DNA from: Eledone cirrhosa
Lineage: Eukaryota
Assembly: GCA_964016885.1 (NCBI GenBank)
Contig: OZ024741.1
Location: forward strand, 39,680,001 to 39,744,000
Length of the DNA stretch: 64,000 bases
Direction of reading: 5' to 3'
How positions within the stretch are numbered: the stretch's first letter is position 1; each line of letters opens with the position of its first letter. This document shows positions 55,885 through 64,000 of this stretch, piece by piece. The position numbers and the translations under genes are program-made. The notes under the pieces were generated by a model. The model had not been told where the DNA came from, made no database searches, and saw only the letters and a program-made list of their open reading frames with translations.

Positions 55885-56480
55885 ACACATCGAGCATTAT
55901 AATAAATGTTCGGTGAATCCATACATATATATATATATGTGTGCATGTATGTATATATATATATACATACTACCGTACGTCTGTATACATATATGTATGT
56001 ACGTATACATACTTATATTTAAGTAACAGCCGTACGAAGAGTGAGAAATGAAATTTCGTTTCATTTTTTTCGTTTATCGTTTTCGGTGCGCCCCGCCGAT
56101 TAACTCACTCGATATGTAAATTAGGCTGCTCAGCCGTTAATATGCATAAGGAAAGTATATACTTTCAGACGTTCAATCATCTAACAGGAAGGTATACGGT
56201 GCTAACGATAGCTAATAAGCTTGAAACTAGTACATCGTTCCTTTGTCAGTGTTGAACAAAAGGGAAACGATGGTTGCTAAACACTGTACAGCTTAATTCG
56301 GGATGTTTGTTTACAAACACACCGAGCATTATAATAAATGTTCGTACATATATATATGTGTGCATATATATGTGTGTGCATACGTACATATATATATGTG
56401 TGCATGTATGTATATATATACATACTACTGTACGTCTGTATACATATATGTATGTACATATACATACTTATATTTAAATA
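55885..56480 (+). mobile_element. Family I element with terminal direct repeat (partial tandem, ~430-bp period) and HHR
   Basis: cgagcattataataaatgttcg...catacttatattta occurs at 55890-56020 and 56322-56476. Confidence 0.7.
56197..56237 (+). ncRNA. Minimal type I hammerhead with G5A mutation
   Basis: cggtg-CTAACGA-t-agc-taataa-gct-t-GAAA-CTAG-TA-catcg. Confidence 0.65.
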
Positions 56481-56931
56481 TATATATATATAGGATGGGG
56501 TTTGTTCGCGTGTGTGTGTGTGTGCATGCGTGTGTATATTCATGTGTGTGTGCTTATGTGATTAACTTTCCTCATAACTAACTGCCTCTCTGCCGCCATT
56601 GTCGGATCCCTTACAGCGACCCCTATGAGCAATCAAATGACGCTAAGGGTATCAAAGTTGACAGCAACTTAATGGCAAAGTTAGTTTTCATGTTTGCCTA
56701 GGATTTAAAGTTATTGTAAAGCTAACGTTGCCCACTAGGAGGCCTAGACCGTCTTACAACCAGCAGCACAGCTGCCATCCAGTAGGCACCGGAAGTGAAA
56801 TGTTTCACATCGAGGCTGTTGGATTACTTACTTTACTACGTGCTTACGTTATTTATTTATTTTTGTTTCGTTTCTCTTCTTGTTTTTATAAACAACACTG
56901 TATCTAAATTATCAGTGAAAATTGTATTGTT

Positions 56932-56974
<43 letters not shown>

Positions 56975-57508
56975 CATGCACACACACACACGGACATGCA
57001 CACACGCGCGCGCACGCGCACACACAAACACACACATACATACAAAACGCAAATTTATTCATTCAACTACAGATAGAAACACACGCACATACACACACTC
57101 AGATATGCAGGCATACACATTCAACGCCACACACAAATACAAGCACATACACATACTCAAATTTACTCATTCAACAATACATACAATCACACACACATAT
57201 CTATACAGACTTACACGCTCAGCCATACGTAGAAACACACACACACTGAGCTATGTACACATAACCATTTAACCACACATACAAACACATACATAAATAT
57301 ACACACTAGCCCATTCAGTAACCAAAGCATAGACACGCACACACTAATAAGGGGGAACATACGTAGGCATTCATAAGCTCACCTGGCCATACATTCAAGT
57401 ACTCTCTCATACAGATAATATAATACACGCTCGCATTCAACAAAATACAAGCATTGGAGCACCTATACTCACATACGAACATATATCTTTAAATTTACAT
57501 TTATCCAT

Positions 57509-57957
57509 CCGCGTATGTCAGGGTGTAATAACCGCGTATGTCAGAGTGTAAAAACCGCGTATGGAGTGAAATGACCGCGTGTGTCAGGGTGTAATAACGG
57601 CGTATGTCAGGGTGTAATAACCGTGTATGTCAGGGTGTAATAATCGTGTATGTCAGGGTGTAATAACCGCTATTGTCAGCGTGTAATAACCGCGTATGTC
57701 AGGGTGTAATAATCGTGTATGTCAGGGTGTAATAACCGCTATTGTCAGCGTGTAATAACCGCGTATGTCAGGGTGTAATAACCGCTTACGTCAGGGTATA
57801 ATAACCGCGTATGTCAGGGTGTAATACCAGCGTATGTCAGGGTGTAATAACCGCGTATGTCAAAGTGTAATAACCGCGAATGTCAAAGTGTAATAACCGC
57901 GTATGTCAGGGTGTAATACCAGCGTATGAAGGGTGTAATAACCGCGTATGTCAGGGT
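57509..57957. repeat. 23-bp minisatellite (~19 copies)
   Basis: Unit gcgtatgtcagggtgtaataacc, no spacers. Confidence 0.95.
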
Positions 57958-57968
57958 ATGCTTCATAA

Positions 57969-58025
<57 letters not shown>

Positions 58026-58327
58026 CCTAAATACATATTAAATATATATAAATCTGACTTTTTCGAATATGAATAATAATATTCGATTCGTTTGCAATTA
58101 TACAAACACCCTCTGAAGCCATATAAATAGAATGACACCGTCTTCATGATCTTTTGTTTGCATACAAACATATAGATACATAAATGTTTGTGTATATATA
58201 TACAGTATATGTATATATATATGTAAATATATATAATTGTTTCTACTTTTGGCACAAGGCCAGCAATTACACAAGGCCAGTGTATTACTGGTATTTTATT
58301 TTATCGACCCCTATATAATAATTATAC

Positions 58328-58369
<42 letters not shown>

Positions 58370-58589
58370 GCAAGCTTGAAGAATTATTAGATAAAATATA
58401 TACAGTATTTCCTCTCCCTATTTTACCTAATATTTCTTCAAACTTGCAATTTTATATATAGCCCTGATAAATGATTATTTGCTTAATTAATTCTTCAGTG
58501 AGCCACACCGTGAAAGGTAGCCAAACTCATATATGTATCTGTGACTATGTCTAATTATATACATATATCCCTTTGAATTTAATATATAT

Positions 58590-59041
58590 ATATTGTTATA
58601 CTTTGGGAGGGTCGTGTTGCCAATAAGAAACACACGCACTAGTTGCTTTCACTTCAATTTATTATAAATTAAATTTATAAATTTACGAATTTATAAATTT
58701 CCGGTTGGTTGGTTGGTTCCACAACCAGACGATTGTTCATATATTGTCAAAGTTCTTTCGTCACACATTCTGTGACTTCTTCAGTTCTTTGTTTTTATGC
58801 CTTTCCTTTGTTCTGTCCTACGCCATCTTGTTTTTGTGTGTGTTGTGTGCTTAGTTTGCGCATGTGTTACATCCGGGTGTCTGTGTGTGTTTATATTTGT
58901 TTATTTACATGTTACTGGTTGGTTGTTTGTTCTATGTGTGCGTGTGTTTCTTATTGGCAACATGACCCTCCGAAAGTATAAAAATATCGGTTTCAACACA
59001 CGTTTTCAGATAAAGAATCTTGCTAAACAAATTCAGAAACG

Positions 59042-59045
<4 letters not shown>
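58590..59045. mobile_element. Family E element with ~50-bp inverted arms
   Basis: tatactttgggagggtcgtgttgccaataagaaacacacgcac / gtgcgtgtgtttcttattggcaacatgaccctccgaaagtata. Confidence 0.7.
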
Positions 59046-59111
<66 letters not shown>

Positions 59112-59152
59112 AAATGAAAATCCGAAGGCAAGGTACAATTCCAATCATTTAA

Positions 59153-59223
59153 TCACACATGTTTCAATAAGAGATAGATCGATTGTGAAGCCATGATCGA
59201 TTATCACTGATCTCATCAGGTGA
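59153..59223 (-). ncRNA. Hammerhead with 47-nt domain II, position 17 apparently deleted
   Basis: tcac-CTGATGA-gatcagtgataatcgat..atcgatctatctcttatt-GAAA-CATG-T-gtga. Confidence 0.6.
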
Positions 59224-59262
59224 AAATGAATTGTCTTCAAATTCTTGATATGAGAGAGAGAA

Positions 59263-59327
<65 letters not shown>

Positions 59328-59584
59328 GTAGAGTTCTATGAAATGAAATATAGGTTTAAAATGTAATTCTAAAGCTAAAAAATCGCAATATATTGTGATA
59401 TAGAATATTATACCGTATTATAGTTATCGACTGAAAGAGACGCTGTGTATATAACTGTGTATATGTGAAGAGATGGATATATATATTTACAACAAAATTA
59501 TAATGTATTTACTTTGCATATATACATATATATATATATGCACACACACACATGTATATGTATATATATATATATATATATATA

Positions 59585-60692
<1,108 letters not shown>

Positions 60693-60830
60693 TTAACTAC
60701 ATATATATATGTATATATATAAGCAGAAGGGATATTCAATGTGTTGGTAATTCAACATAACTATCCAAGGAAAACTTGAACCGTTAAGGTATTTTCCTTG
60801 GTTATGTCAAAATTTATAAATCACATTTCG

Positions 60831-60891
60831 TATTTTATCTGATGATAGCGTACCAAAGTTTTGGTACCCTTGAAATATATATAATAGAATA
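60831..60891 (+). ncRNA. Type I hammerhead (family K)
   Basis: tattttat-CTGATGA-tagcgtaccaa-agtt-ttggtaccctt-GAAA-TATATA-TA-atagaata; same downstream flank as 9559. Confidence 0.8.
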
Positions 60892-61008
60892 AATATGGTT
60901 TTATAAATATAGTTTCCATTTATTTAATATCATTGTATATGTATATATATGTGGTGTATATAAATGTATATGTATATAAATATGAATATATGAGTGTATG
61001 AATATACA

Positions 61009-61053
<45 letters not shown>

Positions 61054-61067
61054 TATATATATATATA

Positions 61068-61614
<547 letters not shown>

Positions 61615-62075
61615 CATATATGATATACATATATATGTATATGTTTGTATATATATATGATATATGTTTATGTCATATGTGTGTGTGTCTTTTATTATTT
61701 TAAATTTTAAATAAAGAAATCATTATTTTAAATACATGAAATTATAGATAAACTGAATTACAATTCAGTTCGATTAATAAGTATATCAAATTACATAGTG
61801 TACCAAAACACCTTACATTTTCAAATATGTATTCACTAGGACCCTTCAAGGTATTCTCTTCAACTACTTTTAAATTCAAAGGATGAAGGACCACTTTCAT
61901 TGACAACGTGATGTAATGTGCATTTTGGTCTTTAAGTTCACCAACTTGAGCACTCGATGCGTAGGTGGGGCGGTTTCCCTCATATGTAGAGTGTAATATT
62001 AAAGTAAGTAGGAACGGTGTTAGTGTATCATCCTTAGTAATCTGTGTATAATTGTATATATCTATATAAATTTAA

Positions 62076-62115
<40 letters not shown>

Positions 62116-62117
62116 TA

Positions 62118-62370
62118 TAATTATGTCCATAGAATCCTTTGATAAGATATATACTCCATTTCCTCTCCCAATTAGCATAATCAACCACACAAAAAACTAA
62201 ATAAACCAGGCTATAAGATTAAAAGGCACCTATGAAGAAATAATAGATAAATAAACGACAGCCATCTATTCGCGATCAACAGCTATAGAATATTTACCCA
62301 ACATTTCAATACCACGTGGAAATCGATTAAATATATCGTCAACCATACACAATTAGGTATCAAATTAATA
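62118..62370. mobile_element. Family F copy
   Basis: Homologous to 3318-3570. Confidence 0.7.
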
Positions 62371-62429
62371 TATATATATATATATACGTACGAACGTGTG
62401 TCTATATATGTGTGTGTGTTTGTGTGTTT

Positions 62430-62560
62430 ATAGTAATAATAAATACAAAGACCTAAATCCGAAGAGAGCTCCATAAGGCATGTATATATAAACCCGTATG
62501 GACAATATATATTATAAGTATAGATTAAAGTTTAAGCAAAGAATTTCTGCTTTCACCCTA
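62430..62560 (-). mobile_element. Diverged family A copy
   Basis: agattaaagtttaagcaaagaatttctgctttcaccc plus diverged tail. Confidence 0.7.
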
Positions 62561-62562
62561 TA

Positions 62563-62690
<128 letters not shown>

Positions 62691-63305
62691 TATATATATA
62701 TGTGTGTGTGTCTGTGTGTGTGTGTCTGTGTGTGTGTGTGTGTGTGTCACATATTTATATTAATCATCTATCAACCAGTTTGAAACCTGCCAATTGACAG
62801 ATCATTATAACATTCATTCTACTGGAGTGCATAAGTCCACACGTCCTTAACATAACATAAGTAACAACTCTGTATTCTGGTCAGATCAATATAGTCTCTC
62901 CTTATGCAAGCTCTCCTTTATCTTACAATGTATGGCCTTGTAACTTCCATATTATAATATCAATGGCTGACTTGAAAGAGCTAACAGATTGTTTTCCTTT
63001 CATTTTTATTCATTTTTTAATTATTTTTCTTATTTTATATTGGATATCCATATCGAACAAATTTTTGTAGTAGTCATTGCAAAAGCAGGCACCATATCTA
63101 AAGTTGTTAGAGCTATTGTTTACATAGATGTATGTCTGTATGTATCAGCAAAATAAGAGAGGGGGAGTGTGAGGTAGATATTTGACAGCGGTTTTAGAAT
63201 AAGATTCATACATAACATACAAAGAAGTATTGTGTGTACAGGGTAGTTAAAGAAAGATGGACATGTGTATATGATGAAATATGCTTTATATATATGTTCC
63301 CACAG

Positions 63306-63451
63306 CAACGGGCGGCGAGGGAAATTCGTTCACAGAACAAGTCGAACTCATAGGGATTGTTAATGACGGTGGCTATTTACTACCTGATCGAACTGTGTAT
63401 AGGGAGGGGTTCTATTTCTCAGACCATCAAATCTTTCCACCAATTACATGC
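63306..63451 (+). other. Possible isolated coding exon
   Basis: ttcccacag acceptor, 48 stop-free codons ([48 protein letters not shown]), gtaatt donor; no recognised homology. Confidence 0.2.
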
Positions 63452-63471
63452 GTAATTTAGTTTGAATTGCT

Positions 63472-63551
<80 letters not shown>

Positions 63552-63602
63552 CAGAGAGATGCATACATGTGTATGTATTGTGCATATATGTGTGTGTATT
63601 GC

Positions 63603-63651
<49 letters not shown>

Positions 63652-63652
63652 C

Positions 63653-63697
<45 letters not shown>

Positions 63698-64000
63698 TTT
63701 GTGTATATGGTGAGAGGGACTGTTCATGCGGTTGTGTGTGTATGCCTGTCCTGTGTGTGTTTGTATTTGTAGGTGGATAGAGTGATTGATTCATTGCTCG
63801 ATTCATTCGATCATTGAATCTTAAATAAATACTGTGTATGAGTATATAAGGGGTTAAGTGAGAGAGAGAGAGGGGGGAGGAGGAAGACAGAGAGAGAGAG
63901 TGAGAGAGAGGAGAAAGAGACGAAGACAGAGAGAGAGAAGGGGGTGGATATTGTCGAGTGCCGTTTGCGGCAGAAGCGCACCGTGAAAAGTAGAAGGTAA

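Noticed and set aside
57509-57957. CRISPR-like array
   Set aside because: Contiguous tandem units with no unique spacers, no cas genes, eukaryotic context.

Overview
Very AT-rich, microsatellite-saturated eukaryotic non-coding DNA (intergenic or large intron). It is probably coleoid cephalopod/octopus; this is an inference from the tRNA-derived Meta-domain and CORE-type SINEs and the repeat density. No intact protein-coding gene is supportable. Almost all ORFs in the track are microsatellite artefacts. The only protein-like sequence is decayed TE remnants: an RTE-type LINE (EN+RT), two R4/Dong-like RLE endonuclease fragments and a Tc1/mariner transposase. The strongest hidden signal is roughly 20 hammerhead-ribozyme (HHR) motifs, found by eye on both strands. 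They sit in at least 8 sequence-unrelated families of short, ORF-less elements inserted into (TA)n tracts. Many are head-to-head fold-back palindromes whose axis lies in or next to the ribozyme core, the architecture expected of non-autonomous Penelope-like element (PLE)/retrozyme derivatives. Notable variants: HHRs with long (26-105 nt) domain II sharing a pyrimidine-pyrimidine mismatch at the 4th pair; a family fixed for a CAGAAGA (U4A) core; and one copy whose 5' end coincides with the predicted cleavage site. A non-autonomous RTE-derived family with a possible decayed HDV-like ribozyme is also present. All folds were done by eye and none is experimentally or computationally verified.
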